Part shown: positions 10,677-22,066 of the stretch, one piece after another
How positions within the stretch are numbered: position 1 is the first letter of the stretch
Layout: each line of letters starts with the position of its first letter
From: Acidobacteriaceae bacterium
Lineage (GTDB): Bacteria; Acidobacteriota; Terriglobia; Terriglobales; Acidobacteriaceae
Reading direction: 5' to 3'
Length of the DNA stretch: 64,000 nt
Assembly (NCBI GenBank): GCA_036269135.1
Contig: DATASQ010000050.1
Location: forward strand, 28,734-92,733
Made by a program: the position numbers and the translations under genes
Notes under the pieces: model-generated
What the model saw: the letters and a program-made list of their open reading frames with translations, nothing else
Databases searched by the model: none
Told to the model about the DNA's origin: nothing

Positions 10677-11627
10677 ATGCCTGCCGGAGCGTCCAATGAA
10701 GGAGTGGGTCCCATAACATCCATCGAGAGCAGAGGGCAGAAATCTTCTTCGTCCTCACAGCGACCCCATCGGCTGACCCGCCGATCGTTCCTGACGCTGT
10801 CGGCGGCCTCCCTGGGCGGCTTCGCCCTTTACTCCGGCGAAATTGCGCGGCACGAAATCAGCGTGGAAGAGCATACGATTCACCTGCCTCGCCTGCCCGA
10901 CGCGTTTCGCGGGATGAAAATCGCGCAAATCTCCGATATTCATTACCTGGAGTTCACGGAAAGCTTCTTTGTGCGCGAGATCGTAGATCATGTGAACCGC
11001 CTGAAGCCGGACATGGTGTTGATCACCGGGGATTTCGTTACCTATGGGCCGATTCGCTTTCCCCCAACACCCATCCACAAGGCTTTCGCGCTGCGCCATA
11101 TGCCGGAGTGCGCTTCCATCCTGAGCCAGATTCAGGCTCCGCTGCGCTACACGTCGCTGGGCAATCACGACCAGATGGTGAATGGGCGCGCGATCTGGCA
11201 CATCCTTGGGGAGCATGGCCTTCCCTGCCTGTACAACACAGCCGTGCCGCTGGAACGGGACGGGCAGCGCGTGTGGCTGGTGGGGCTGGGCAGCGCATGC
11301 GTGGGAGCTGCCAATCCGCAGGAGGCAATTCCGGCCAGCGCGATCAGGAATAAAGAAACGATCATCATGATGGCGCACGAGCCCGACATTCTGCCCGAGA
11401 TTGCCGACTACAAAGTCGATCTGATGCTTTCCGGCCACACGCATGGCGGCCAGATCCGAATTCCCTTCCTGCGCCCCCTTTTTCTTCCGCTTTACGGCAG
11501 GCGCTACATCCAGGGGTGGTTCCAGTACGGCTCGACGCATCTCTACGTGAATCGAGGGGTCGGCGCGATTGGCTTACCCATGCGGCTGAACTGTCCGCCG
11601 GAGATCACGGTCTTCACGCTGGCCTGA
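10677..11627 (+). CDS. Tat-exported metallophosphoesterase (YkuE-like)
   Basis: Twin-arginine signal 'LTRRSFLTLSAASLGGFAL'. Phosphoesterase motifs 'ISDIHY', 'TGDFV', 'GNHD', 'GHTHGG'. The ORF-track start at 10536 abuts the terminator, so ATG 10677 is preferred. Confidence 0.85.
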   Translation: MPAGASNEGVGPITSIESRGQKSSSSSQRPHRLTRRSFLTLSAASLGGFALYSGEIARHEISVEEHTIHLPRLPDAFRGMKIAQISDIHYLEFTESFFVREIVDHVNRLKPDMVLITGDFVTYGPIRFPPTPIHKAFALRHMPECASILSQIQAPLRYTSLGNHDQMVNGRAIWHILGEHGLPCLYNTAVPLERDGQRVWLVGLGSACVGAANPQEAIPASAIRNKETIIMMAHEPDILPEIADYKVDLMLSGHTHGGQIRIPFLRPLFLPLYGRRYIQGWFQYGSTHLYVNRGVGAIGLPMRLNCPPEITVFTLA

Positions 11628-11655
11628 ACTGGCTCGCCCGACTCACCGACTGAAC

Positions 11656-13023
<1,368 letters not shown>

Positions 13024-13031
13024 CGCGGGAG

Positions 13032-15305
13032 TCAGACCGTTCTGCTCAGCGCCGCGGCCGGCGTGCTCTCCGGGAACGGCGGCTCGGCCAGCGGCAATTC
13101 GATGATAAAGCGCGCACCGGCAGGCACATTGTTCTCGGCGCGAATGCTGCCGCCGTGATCCTGAACAATCTTGGCGACAATGGAGAGCCCGAGCCCGGTG
13201 CCCCGATGCCGCGTGGAGAACCAGGGCAGGAAGAGCCGCTCGCGCATGTCGTCGGTGATGCCGGGGCCGGTATCGGAGACGACAATCTCAGCCATCCCGC
13301 GGGTATCGGCAACGCCGGTGCGGATCGACAGGACCCGCAGCAGGCTGTCCTGCATGGCTTCCGCGGCGTTGTCGATGAGATTGGCAATGGCGCGGCGCAG
13401 GGCTTCCGGATCGGCCATCACCGGAGGCAGGCCCGGCTCGAGCCGTCTCTCGACGCGGACATTCCCCATCCGGCCCTCAAAGAGCAGCAGCGCGCTCTCG
13501 ACGATCTCGTTCAGCTCGGCGGAACGCGGATGCGCGACCGGGAACTCCGCCAGCGCGGCAAACTGCCCGACCAGCGTACGCAGCGACTCCACCGAACCCA
13601 GAATCACATCGCAGCACCTGCGAATCACACCCGGCGATTCGGGCAGGCTGCGATCGATATGGCGCCGGATCCTTTCCGTGGAGAGCGTGATGGGGGTGAG
13701 CGGATTGCGGATTTCATGCGCGACGCGCTGCGCTACTTCCTTCCAGGCGGCCTGGCGCTGCGCATGCAGGAACTCCGAAACGTCTTCGAGGACGAGAATC
13801 GAACCGAGGTCCGGCCCGCCCCGGGAATCCAGCGCCGCCAGGGTAACAGAGAGATTGAAGACAGCGCGCGGGGTGCGCAGCTCAAACTCCGAAGAGGCCG
13901 TGCCCATGCGGTGAGCCCGGCGATCCAGGCGCACCATATCCTCGGCCAGCTCCGGCGGCAGGAGTGAATCCAGCGGTACACCGGTGAGGTTCGGCTGGCC
14001 CTTCAGCCGCAGCAATTCCGCAAAGGCCCGATTGCCGTGGATGATTTTGCGCGATGGGTCGAGGGTGACAACGCCGGAGGGAATGGTCTCCAGGATGGTT
14101 TCCAGCTCCTTGCGGCGAGCCTCGATGGCCAGATTGGCCGCGGAGAGCTCCCGGGCCGAGGTTTCCGCCAGCAGCCGGCTCTGTTCCAGATCGGCCGCCA
14201 TGTGGTTGAAGGAGCGAACCAGCTCCCCCATTTCGGCTGTGGCTCGCACCGTCACGCGGTGGCGATAATCGCCGCGGCCAATGACGTCCATGGCGTCCGC
14301 CAGCGCTTCGAGCGGTCCGGTCATCTGCCGCGAAACGTAGAGCGCCAGCCAGCTGCTGGCAAAGAACACCAGAGCCGTCAGCATCAGGAGCAGGAGAAAA
14401 TACGTAGTGCGGATAATCCGCCGCTGACGGTACAGCGCCCAGTACTGGCTGGTGCCGCTGCTCAGGTCGGCCATGATGGAGTTGAGGCCGGCCGGCATCG
14501 GCAAACCGACAACGATGATGCCCCCGGCCGGCAGACTCGCCGCACCCAGAGCATATTCTGTACCCCCGGCAATCAGCATGGGCTCGTCGGAGCGCTGGGC
14601 GGCCTTCAGAATGAAAGGCGCGAGAGCGGTCCCCGCGGGAATCGGCTGCTGATCGTCGGGATCGACCCAGGAATGAACCTGCGCGGGCCCTGAGGCCTGG
14701 GGCAGCTCGTAGGAGACAAACGGAACCGAGTCCTGGTAAAGGATCACGAAACCGCCCTGGAGGGTGATCTGATGCGAGCGCAGCTCGTCGAGAATGGGCT
14801 GCCGGTTCGGAGCCTCAAGCGTCGCGGAAAGCGGCCGGGAGCGCGCGATGCTCTCTGCCTCAGCACGCGCATTCAGGGCTGCGTAGTGGGACAGCTCCAT
14901 GGCAATCTGCGTCGATTCTGCCCGCACCTCCACTGCCGGAGTCGAAAACCATCTGTCCAGTGAACGATTTAGAAGGAGAAAACTGAACAAAAACATGAAC
15001 ATCGCGGGCACAAAGGAAAGCAGCAACGCCCCGATGAACATACGAGTGCGCAGCCGGGCGCCTAATACCTGACTGCGTTCCTCGGCCAAAAGCTTGATGA
15101 GATTCCGCAGCAGCAGAACCAGGACCGTGACAAAGAGGAGAAAGACCAGGACTGAAAGCGAAGTGAGGAGGAAGATCTGCCCGGTGGTGCGCGGGTTCAG
15201 CTGGCGAAGGTTGAAGGCGTTCATCCCCACCAGCAGAAGCAGCAGCACAAAGACCGCGATGCCCAGCAGGATCAGGGTGGTTCGCCGATTACGCACTTCG
15301 ACCAA
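13032..15305 (-). CDS. ntrY: NtrY-like sensor histidine kinase (multi-TM, HAMP, PAS, HisKA, HATPase)
   Basis: H-box 'VAHEIRNPLTPI', N-box 'IANLIDNAAEA', G-boxes 'DTGPGI' and 'GTGLGLSI', HAMP 'GPLEALADAMDVIGRGDYRHRV'. TTG start. Confidence 0.8.
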   Translation of the reverse strand: MVEVRNRRTTLILLGIAVFVLLLLLVGMNAFNLRQLNPRTTGQIFLLTSLSVLVFLLFVTVLVLLLRNLIKLLAEERSQVLGARLRTRMFIGALLLSFVPAMFMFLFSFLLLNRSLDRWFSTPAVEVRAESTQIAMELSHYAALNARAEAESIARSRPLSATLEAPNRQPILDELRSHQITLQGGFVILYQDSVPFVSYELPQASGPAQVHSWVDPDDQQPIPAGTALAPFILKAAQRSDEPMLIAGGTEYALGAASLPAGGIIVVGLPMPAGLNSIMADLSSGTSQYWALYRQRRIIRTTYFLLLLMLTALVFFASSWLALYVSRQMTGPLEALADAMDVIGRGDYRHRVTVRATAEMGELVRSFNHMAADLEQSRLLAETSARELSAANLAIEARRKELETILETIPSGVVTLDPSRKIIHGNRAFAELLRLKGQPNLTGVPLDSLLPPELAEDMVRLDRRAHRMGTASSEFELRTPRAVFNLSVTLAALDSRGGPDLGSILVLEDVSEFLHAQRQAAWKEVAQRVAHEIRNPLTPITLSTERIRRHIDRSLPESPGVIRRCCDVILGSVESLRTLVGQFAALAEFPVAHPRSAELNEIVESALLLFEGRMGNVRVERRLEPGLPPVMADPEALRRAIANLIDNAAEAMQDSLLRVLSIRTGVADTRGMAEIVVSDTGPGITDDMRERLFLPWFSTRHRGTGLGLSIVAKIVQDHGGSIRAENNVPAGARFIIELPLAEPPFPESTPAAALSRTV

Positions 15306-15441
15306 GTGAATCCTTCCTCGGATACGGGACGATTATAGGACGGATGATGCACTAAAATGCTCTTTCTGAAAGCGAAAGAGGTCCTGGGCCGACGCGGGTG
15401 CCCAGCCCGAACTCCGCAAAGGAAAGAGGATCGAGTCTGCT

Positions 15442-16197
15442 ATGAGAGTGACCCACACCCCCCTCCGCCTGGCCACCGCGGCTTTGGCAAGCGTCTTCGT
15501 CGTGACGGGTTGCAGCAAGAGCGCTCCGCCCGCGAACACCCAGAATTCGACACCGGCCGCCCAGCAGCCCGCTGCGGCGAACAACCCACCGGCGCCGCCG
15601 CCCGACAATACGACACCCGCACCGGCGCCGCCGCAAACCGCTTCCGCCCCCGCGTCTCAGCCTGCGGCGCCACCGGCCGCTGCCCGCATCACGATTCCGG
15701 CGGGCACACGGATCCGCGTGCGCCTGGATGAGGACCTCGGATCGAAGATCAGCCAGCCCGGGCAGACCTTCGCCGCCACCGTAGCCGACGACGTGGTGGT
15801 TCACGGCCAGACCGTCATTCCCCGCCACGCGCGCGCCGAAGGGGTGGTGATCGACGCGAAGGCTCTGGGCCATTTCAAAGGCGGCGCTCTGCTGGAGCTG
15901 CGCCTGGAGCGGGTGAAGACCCCGTGGGGCAGCTATCCCGTCTCCACCAGCACCATGTCTCAGGTGGAAAAGGGCAAAGGCAAGCGGACCGCTCTGTTCG
16001 CCGGTGGCGGCGGGGCCTTCGGGGCGATTGTCGGAGGGCTGGCCGGAGGCGGCAAAGGAGCGCTGATCGGCGGACTCGCCGGAGCCGGAGCCGGATCGGC
16101 CGGCAGCGCCATGACCGGGAACAGGGAAATCTTTCTTCCCACGGAAACCCTGCTGACCTTCCGGATGGAACGTCCGGTGCACATCACTGCGCAATAA
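15442..16197 (+). CDS. Lipoprotein with Pro/Ala-rich linker, conserved beta-rich module and glycine zipper (paralogue of the C-terminal half of 9280..10482)
   Basis: Lipobox 'VFVVTGC'. 'ITIPAGTRIRVRLDEDL...' aligns with 'VTIPAGTLLQIRLSEPL...' in the BON protein. Gly-zipper 'GGGGAFGAIVGGLAGGGKGALIGGLAGAGAG'. Confidence 0.7.
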   Translation: MRVTHTPLRLATAALASVFVVTGCSKSAPPANTQNSTPAAQQPAAANNPPAPPPDNTTPAPAPPQTASAPASQPAAPPAAARITIPAGTRIRVRLDEDLGSKISQPGQTFAATVADDVVVHGQTVIPRHARAEGVVIDAKALGHFKGGALLELRLERVKTPWGSYPVSTSTMSQVEKGKGKRTALFAGGGGAFGAIVGGLAGGGKGALIGGLAGAGAGSAGSAMTGNREIFLPTETLLTFRMERPVHITAQ

Positions 16198-16213
16198 CGC
16201 GCCAGGAGAACGT

Positions 16214-16248
16214 GGGGCGCGGCTGCCAGGCTGCGCCCCTTTCTCTTT
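16214..16248 (+). terminator. Rho-independent terminator between convergent genes
   Basis: 11-bp stem (GGGGCGCGGCT / GGCTGCGCCCC, two G-U pairs) with loop GCCA, followed by TTTCTCTTT. Sits between the lipoprotein stop and the ald stop. Confidence 0.65.
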
Positions 16249-16250
16249 AC

Positions 16251-17366
16251 TCAGGCCAGCAGATCGCGGACGGGCTTCCAGGGCTTCTTCTGCGAAGCGG
16301 CGACGGGCTCGCAGGTCAGCGTGCCTTCATACGTGTTCACGCCGTCGCGAATGCCGTCGTCTTCCTGTATGGCCTTTTTCGCTCCCTGGCGGGCGAGCCG
16401 CATCACGTACGGGAAGGTCGCGTTCGTCAGCGCCAGCGTGGAGGTGTTCGGCACCGCCGCGGGCATATTCGTCACGCAGTAGTGAACCACGCCGTTCACT
16501 TCAAACGCGGGGTCGCTGTGGGTTGTCGGCCGGGCCGTTTCGACACAGCCACCCTGATCGATGGCGACGTCGACGATGACCGCCCCCTTCTTCATCTTCG
16601 CGACCATTTCGCGGGTCACGATTTTCGGCGCCGCAGCTCCGGGGATCAGCACGCCGCCAATCACCAGATCGGCTGCCTGCACCGCCCGCGAGACGTTCCA
16701 CGTATTCGAGGCGAGGGTAAAGAGGCGGCCGTTGAAGATGTCGTCCAGCTCGCGGAGGCGATTCAGATTCAGGTCCACGAGCGTGACGCGGGCTCCCATG
16801 CCCAGAGCGATCTTGGCCGCATTCGTGCCGACGATGCCCCCGCCGATGATGCAGACGCTGGCCGGCGGCACGCCGGGCACCCCGCCCAGCAGCACACCGC
16901 GCCCGCCCTTTTCTTTCTCCAGATAAGCCGCGCCCACCTGCACCGCCATGCGGCCCGCGACCTCGGACATGGGCGTAAGCAGCGGCAGCGTGCCGGCCCG
17001 GTCGCGAATGGTCTCGTAGGCGATGCCGATGACTTTCTTCTGCAGCAGCTTCTCCGTCAGCTCGGGCACCGGGGCGAGGTGCAGATAGGTGAAGAGCACC
17101 AGGCCTTCACGGAAGAATCCATACTCCTTCTCGACGGGCTCCTTGACCTTGACCACCAGGTCGGCATTGCCCCAGACGTTATGCGCGGAGCCGACGATTT
17201 CCGCGCCGGCGGACTGGTACTCGTCATCGGTGAAGGCGGAAAGCTCGCCGGCATGGGTCTCCACCAGCACCTTGTGTCCGGCGTCTGATAGAGATTTGAC
17301 ACCTGCCGGCGTAATACCCACACGGCTCTCGTGGTCTTTCACTTCCTTCGGAACGCCAATGATCAT
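16251..17366 (-). CDS. ald: Alanine dehydrogenase
   Basis: '[23 protein letters not shown]', NAD-binding '[12 protein letters not shown]', 371 aa. Confidence 0.95.
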   Translation of the reverse strand: MIIGVPKEVKDHESRVGITPAGVKSLSDAGHKVLVETHAGELSAFTDDEYQSAGAEIVGSAHNVWGNADLVVKVKEPVEKEYGFFREGLVLFTYLHLAPVPELTEKLLQKKVIGIAYETIRDRAGTLPLLTPMSEVAGRMAVQVGAAYLEKEKGGRGVLLGGVPGVPPASVCIIGGGIVGTNAAKIALGMGARVTLVDLNLNRLRELDDIFNGRLFTLASNTWNVSRAVQAADLVIGGVLIPGAAAPKIVTREMVAKMKKGAVIVDVAIDQGGCVETARPTTHSDPAFEVNGVVHYCVTNMPAAVPNTSTLALTNATFPYVMRLARQGAKKAIQEDDGIRDGVNTYEGTLTCEPVAASQKKPWKPVRDLLA

Positions 17367-17411
17367 TTGGTGGCTGCGGCCCCCAGTCTGCGGAAAGGTC
17401 AGATGCGAACT

Positions 17412-17801
17412 CTACATCCTATCGCACAGCAGGCGTCGCAGCTCCCGGGTGAGCGCGCCGGGGGTCACCGGCTTGCACAGGAAAACCGTCATGACGTCGG
17501 CCGGACCCTCGATGACATTCCCACTCACGACGATCGCCGGCAGACTGGGCTTCAGGGTGCGAACCCGGGCAATCAGCCTTTGACCGCCCATGCCCGGCAT
17601 CTTGGCGTCGGTGACGATGGCGTCCAGCGTCTCGAGATTCTTCCGTGCGGATTCCAGCCCCGCTGAGCCGTTTTCGCAGGCGATCACCTGATAGCCCGCC
17701 GACTGCAGAACCTTGGTGAACAGGAGGCGAACCGCGCGGTCATCCTCGACGACGAGGACCGTAGCGGCAGGAGCTTCCTCGACCGATTTTTTCTCGCGCA
17801 A
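17412..17801 (-). CDS. Stand-alone response regulator receiver (CheY-like)
   Basis: 'VLVVEDDRAVR', phospho-acceptor context 'DAIVTDAKMPGMGG', 129 aa, no output domain. Confidence 0.8.
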   Translation of the reverse strand: MREKKSVEEAPAATVLVVEDDRAVRLLFTKVLQSAGYQVIACENGSAGLESARKNLETLDAIVTDAKMPGMGGQRLIARVRTLKPSLPAIVVSGNVIEGPADVMTVFLCKPVTPGALTRELRRLLCDRM

Positions 17802-17960
17802 ACTCAGGGGGAGTCTCTCTTTGCAAAAGGGGGCCGTGGTTGGGATGGCAAATCTGGCCTAGCAGTCCGAAACCGACGGGCGGTCCCGCGATGGATGAAC
17901 GTATCACGGGTGAGATGACGGGACAATGGCGCACGCTGCCTGCGTGGTTACCGCTGGAAC

Positions 17961-18572
17961 CTATAGCCAGCCCCGGGCCCGCGCCAGGCGGGCAGCTTCC
18001 ACACGGTTAGATGCGCCCAGCTTGCTGATCGCCTCCGAGAGGTAATTGCGAATCGTGCCCTCGGACAGGTGCAGCTCTTCGGCGATCTCGCCGCTGGACT
18101 TCCCCTCCCCGGCGCGCCACAGGATTTGCCGCTCGCGCTCGGTCAGAGGGTCGGGGCCGCTGTCCCAGGCTTCCAGCGCCAGGTCGGGGTCGACCACCCG
18201 CAGTCCCTGGTGCACGCGGCGTACCGCATCGGCCAGCTCGGCCGAGGGGCGGTCCTTGAGGAGGTACCCCTTCGCGCCGGCATCCAGGGCACGGCGAAGG
18301 TACCCCGGCCGCGCGAACGTGGTCAGAATGATGACCCGCGTCTGCGGAAGCCGTTCGCGCACCTCGGCGGCCAGCGTCAGGCCCGTCATCTCCGGCATTT
18401 CGATGTCCGTCACCAGAATGTCGGGCTTGTGTTTGCCCGCCAGGGTCAGCGCCTCCCGGCCGTTGGCGGCGCGGGCGCAGACCGCAATGTCCGGCTCGGT
18501 CTCCAGCAGGGCAGCCAGCGCTCCCAGCACCATGGCCTGGTCTTCGGCGACGAGCACCTGAATCTTTTTCAT
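17961..18572 (-). CDS. NarL/LuxR-family response regulator (DesR-like)
   Basis: REC 'VLVAEDQ...ILVTDIEMPEMTG' plus C-terminal LuxR HTH 'LTERERQILWRAGEGKSSGEIAEELHLSEGTIRNYLS'. ATGA overlap with the kinase stop. Confidence 0.9.
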   Translation of the reverse strand: MKKIQVLVAEDQAMVLGALAALLETEPDIAVCARAANGREALTLAGKHKPDILVTDIEMPEMTGLTLAAEVRERLPQTRVIILTTFARPGYLRRALDAGAKGYLLKDRPSAELADAVRRVHQGLRVVDPDLALEAWDSGPDPLTERERQILWRAGEGKSSGEIAEELHLSEGTIRNYLSEAISKLGASNRVEAARLARARGWL

Positions 18573-19771
18573 TGCGAGCGGACGCTCTGGGGCGGGATCT
18601 CGATGGACAGCCGCGTTCCCTGCCCCGAATCGATGCGCAGCTGCCCCCCCATCGACTCCACGCGCTCGCGCATGCCGCGGAGCCCGTTGCCTTCGGTGCG
18701 AATTCCGCCGCGGCCGTCATCCTCCACAACCAGCGCGGTGCCGTGGCCGTTCGTCAGGAAATCCAGGCGGCAGTGGCTGGCCTGGGCGTGACGCACGATG
18801 TTCGTGACCGCCTCGCGGACGATCAGGGACAGCACCGTTTCCTCCGAAGGTTGAAACTGCGGCGGCTTTGCCTGGCACTCCAGGGTGATGCCCGCGGCGT
18901 CCAGGATGATCCGGGCGCGATCGATCTCAGCCGCGAGTCCCTCGGCGCGATAGCCGCGAATTGCCTCCCGCACTTCGCCCAGCGCCTTGCGCGCGATCTG
19001 CTCCACTTCGCCAATTTCCCTGCGCGCCCGCTCGGGATCGCGGTCGATCACCTTCCCCGCCAGCTCCGACTTCAGCACGACCAGGGAGAGTGTGTGCCCC
19101 AGCACGTCGTGCAGGTCGCGGGCGATACGCTCGCGCTCGGCCACTTTGGCCAGGTGGGCGATCTCTTCCTGGGCCAGGCCAAGCCGGCGCCCGGCGCGCA
19201 TGCGCTGCGCCGCCACCAGGTTCGCAGCCCCCACGGTCACGCAGAACGCACCGCAAATACCCCACGACCATGGCGAGTAATGCAGATACATGCCCTCGCC
19301 GGCCGTCAACAGCGCCGAGACGAGGATGGCCCCAACGCCGAAGCCGATCGATTCCGTGGCAAACGGCGCGAGTGCGGCAACGTAGATGAACATGCCCGCC
19401 GCGCCCGCGTTGAACCGGAAGTACACCACGGCCAGAATGACCATCCCGGCCAGAAAACCCAGCTTCAGGCGCTGCGGACGGCTCCAGACAATGCCGAAAT
19501 AGCAGCCGAGGAAGAGCGCGTAGGCGGCCGCGAAGCCCAGCCACGCCGAGAGCGTCTTCCGCTCGATCGGATCGATGATGAAGAAGACGGAGTAGATCAG
19601 CCAGATGAAGTCGAAAAATTGCCCGCCGCGTCTCTTCCGGTCGCCGAGCAGGGGCAGTTCCCGGTCGGAGCGCCATGGATCCCCGCCAATCGGAACCGCC
19701 TCCACCTCGCACGGCTTCTCGGCATCGGAACCGCTCACGCTTTTGCCTCGCTCCGCCGGAAGAGAATCCAC
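18569..19771 (-). CDS. Sensor histidine kinase, HisKA_3 (DesK/LiaS-like), multi-TM sensor
   Basis: H-box 'RIARDLHDVLGHTLS', 'EAVTNIVRHA', 'DDGRG', 'GNGLRGMRERV'. Alternative GTG start at 19738 gives a GTGA overlap with the upstream permease stop. Confidence 0.85.
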   Translation of the reverse strand: MDSLPAERGKSVSGSDAEKPCEVEAVPIGGDPWRSDRELPLLGDRKRRGGQFFDFIWLIYSVFFIIDPIERKTLSAWLGFAAAYALFLGCYFGIVWSRPQRLKLGFLAGMVILAVVYFRFNAGAAGMFIYVAALAPFATESIGFGVGAILVSALLTAGEGMYLHYSPWSWGICGAFCVTVGAANLVAAQRMRAGRRLGLAQEEIAHLAKVAERERIARDLHDVLGHTLSLVVLKSELAGKVIDRDPERARREIGEVEQIARKALGEVREAIRGYRAEGLAAEIDRARIILDAAGITLECQAKPPQFQPSEETVLSLIVREAVTNIVRHAQASHCRLDFLTNGHGTALVVEDDGRGGIRTEGNGLRGMRERVESMGGQLRIDSGQGTRLSIEIPPQSVRSQ

Positions 19772-20520
19772 ACCGCTCCCAGCATCAACAGGGTAAATCC
19801 TGCCAGCGCTTCCCAGTGCACCAGCATGCTCCCCTGCCCCGCGAAGCCGAAGATGTTCAGCGCCAGTTGCGCAAGGTGATAGGTGGGCAGGGCCGGAGCC
19901 ACGCTGCGGAGCCAGTGCGGCAGGTATTGGATCGGCATGAAGAAGCCGGAGGCGAACGACATCGGCATGTAAATGAGGTTGATCAGACCCGGGCCGGAGT
20001 TGGGCGGCACCAGCAGCGCGACCAGCAGCGCCATGGCGGTGAAGGGGATGGAGGCGGCAACGATTACGCCGCAGAGCTCCAGCACCTGCAGGGCTGTCAC
20101 GGTGACGCCGCCAAGGGTGACCCCCAGCAGAACCAGCAGCCCCACGATGATGAGCGCGAACGTGGCGCAGCCCATGACCTTGGCGGCAAGGTAGAGGAAC
20201 CGCGGCATGGGACTGGCCTGCTTCACCTCCAGCCAGCCCTGGGTGCGGTCCAGCCCGACGCTCACGCCGATGCCGAAGAGGCAGGCAAAGCCCACGCCCA
20301 TGCAGCTATAAGCGGGCACCAGATACTGGCCGTATCCACTGGCGCGGTTGGTGACGCCGAAGAGCAGGAAGAACATCACGGGAAAGCCGACAACGGAGAA
20401 CGAGAAGGCCCGGGTCCGCAGCATCCGGACAAACTCGTACTGCGTTTCTTTGCGAAAGACGCGAGCGTAATAGCCGGCGCCGAGTTTCTGGGGGGCAAGA
20501 GCAATGCTTTGCGTGGCCAT
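19735..20520 (-). CDS. ABC-2 type transporter permease
   Basis: 261 aa with about six hydrophobic helices. Lies directly downstream of an ABC ATPase and upstream of the HisKA_3 kinase, the classic ABC-2/DesK/NarL module. Confidence 0.8.
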   Translation of the reverse strand: MATQSIALAPQKLGAGYYARVFRKETQYEFVRMLRTRAFSFSVVGFPVMFFLLFGVTNRASGYGQYLVPAYSCMGVGFACLFGIGVSVGLDRTQGWLEVKQASPMPRFLYLAAKVMGCATFALIIVGLLVLLGVTLGGVTVTALQVLELCGVIVAASIPFTAMALLVALLVPPNSGPGLINLIYMPMSFASGFFMPIQYLPHWLRSVAPALPTYHLAQLALNIFGFAGQGSMLVHWEALAGFTLLMLGAVWILFRRSEAKA

Positions 20521-20546
20521 GATGATTTCTCCTCTCCGGTTGCAGG

Positions 20547-21506
20547 TCAGTTTGTCGATGGCGGGCCGCTGGTGAGCGCCAGGAATGCATCTTCCAGAGC
20601 GGCCGCCGCAATCTCCAGCCCATGCAGAGTCTCGTCGCGCAGCAACATCTCGCGCACAACCCGCTCCGGCTGCTCGGCCAGGATCACCATCGCCTCGCGG
20701 TCCTGCTGCACCTCGGAAACCGAAGGCAGCGCCCGCAGGAATTCCGGATCGAGCTGCGTGATGCAGCGAATGCGCCGTCCCGATACGCGATGCTTGATCT
20801 CACTGGGCGTGCCTTCGCAGAGCAGCTTGCCTTTGTTGAGGACGACAATCCGGCTGGCCAGCATGTCGGCCTCTTCCAGATAGTGAGTCGTCAGCAGCAC
20901 GGTCTTGCCCGCCGCGGAGAGCGCGCGCACCTGATCCCACAGGGCGCGCCGCGATTCGATGTCCATGCCGACGGTCGGCTCGTCGAGAAAGACGAGGTCG
21001 GGATTGCCACAGAGCGCCAGTCCAAAGAGCGTCCGCTGCTTTTGGCCGCCGGAGATCTTGCCGAACATCTGGTTCGCGACCGATTCGAGGCGAGCGATAC
21101 GGATCACTTCTTCCGTGCTGAGCGGATGCGGATAGTAGCTGCGGAAGAGATCGATGTGCTCCCTGACGCGCAGCATCTCCGGCACGCGGCTCACCTGCAG
21201 CATGGCGCCGATGCAGGTGCGGGCGCCGGCATCGCGCGGATCGCGGCCCAGCACGCGGACGCTGCCGGAATCGGCGCCGATCAGCCCCAGCAGCAGCCGG
21301 ACGGCCGTGGTCTTGCCCGCGCCATTGGGGCCCAGCAGGGCCACCACTTCTCCGGCGTGGAGGGTCAGGGAAAAATCGCGGAGAGCGGTCACCGCGCCAT
21401 AGCGCTTCGTGACCGAATGCAGTTTCGCCACCGGCCTCCCCTGCGAGAGAGGGACCGGCGAGGCGGCGGAAAGGCTCTGGGGAAAAGCGGCGGCGGTAGC
21501 GGACAT
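20547..21506 (-). CDS. ABC transporter ATP-binding protein
   Basis: Walker A 'GPNGAGKTT', signature 'ISGGQKQR', Walker B 'LVFLDEPT'. ATG 21506 ('MSATAAAF') is preceded by GGAGAGA. The 81-aa N-terminal extension in the ORF track is not credible. Confidence 0.9.
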   Translation of the reverse strand: MSATAAAFPQSLSAASPVPLSQGRPVAKLHSVTKRYGAVTALRDFSLTLHAGEVVALLGPNGAGKTTAVRLLLGLIGADSGSVRVLGRDPRDAGARTCIGAMLQVSRVPEMLRVREHIDLFRSYYPHPLSTEEVIRIARLESVANQMFGKISGGQKQRTLFGLALCGNPDLVFLDEPTVGMDIESRRALWDQVRALSAAGKTVLLTTHYLEEADMLASRIVVLNKGKLLCEGTPSEIKHRVSGRRIRCITQLDPEFLRALPSVSEVQQDREAMVILAEQPERVVREMLLRDETLHGLEIAAAALEDAFLALTSGPPSTN

Positions 21507-21631
21507 CGATTCTCTCCTGCCGCGCAATGTTCGGCGGCAGGAACAGAATCGCGCATCCCGGGGACGCGCCCCAGTGGGCTTTGTCAGGAAAGCGATGTGA
21601 CAGTTGTCATCCGGGTTTGCCCGGCGCCCGG

Positions 21632-22066
21632 CTAGTGGAGTTTTTCCGGCGCATTGCGCCCGAAGCGCGCATCGACGGGCTGGCGCCCGGCAAAGCCGTC
21701 CTCGATGCGGTGCCACCAGGCGATGCGCGGCTCCCCGCGCTTCCAGCACAGGAGCACCGTCTCGCCCTCCAGCAGGCAGGGGAAATCCAGCAGACCGGTA
21801 TCGAGGTCCTTCACCTGCACGCCGCTGTCATGGATCTCTTCGAGCGCGTCCTTCGCCCGCTCCACCATGGCTTCGAGGCCGGCCCTGCGCTTCTGCGCCG
21901 CGCCGATGTCCACGTGCAGGCCGCCGCTGCTCAGGATGCGCCGAGCCAGAGCGCCGGCCTCTTCCTGCAGCTCTTCCGCAGACTGCCTGGCCTCCATGGC
22001 GCGATTCAGCAGGGACTCGATCACCGGCAGGAGGGTCTGCGCCTCGTCCAGGGAGAAGATCTTCAC
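21632..22066 (-). CDS. DUF2203-family protein
   Basis: 'KIFSLDEAQTLLPVIESLL...DLDTGLLDFPCLLEGETVLLCWKRGEPRIAWWHRIEDGFAGRQP' matches my recollection of DUF2203. GTG at 22066 overlaps the nadA stop (GTGA). Confidence 0.6.
   Translation of the reverse strand: MKIFSLDEAQTLLPVIESLLNRAMEARQSAEELQEEAGALARRILSSGGLHVDIGAAQKRRAGLEAMVERAKDALEEIHDSGVQVKDLDTGLLDFPCLLEGETVLLCWKRGEPRIAWWHRIEDGFAGRQPVDARFGRNAPEKLH

Noticed and set aside
15360-15380. Hairpin CTCTTTC-N7-GAAAGAG, and a TGCAC-N5-TGCT stretch, in the ntrY/lipoprotein divergent region, examined as a possible sigma-54 promoter or operator
   Set aside because: The -24 element lacks the essential GG (ATGCAC instead of TGGCAC). Other TGGCA-containing sites in intergenic regions (near 17930, 23545, 31027, 58468, 63205) all have wrong GG-to-GC spacing. 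No sigma-54 promoter can be claimed.
21507-21749. 81-codon N-terminal extension of the ABC ATPase ORF
   Set aside because: It would overlap the DUF2203 gene and has no ABC-like sequence. ATG 21506 with a GGAGAGA RBS gives a normal-length ATPase.
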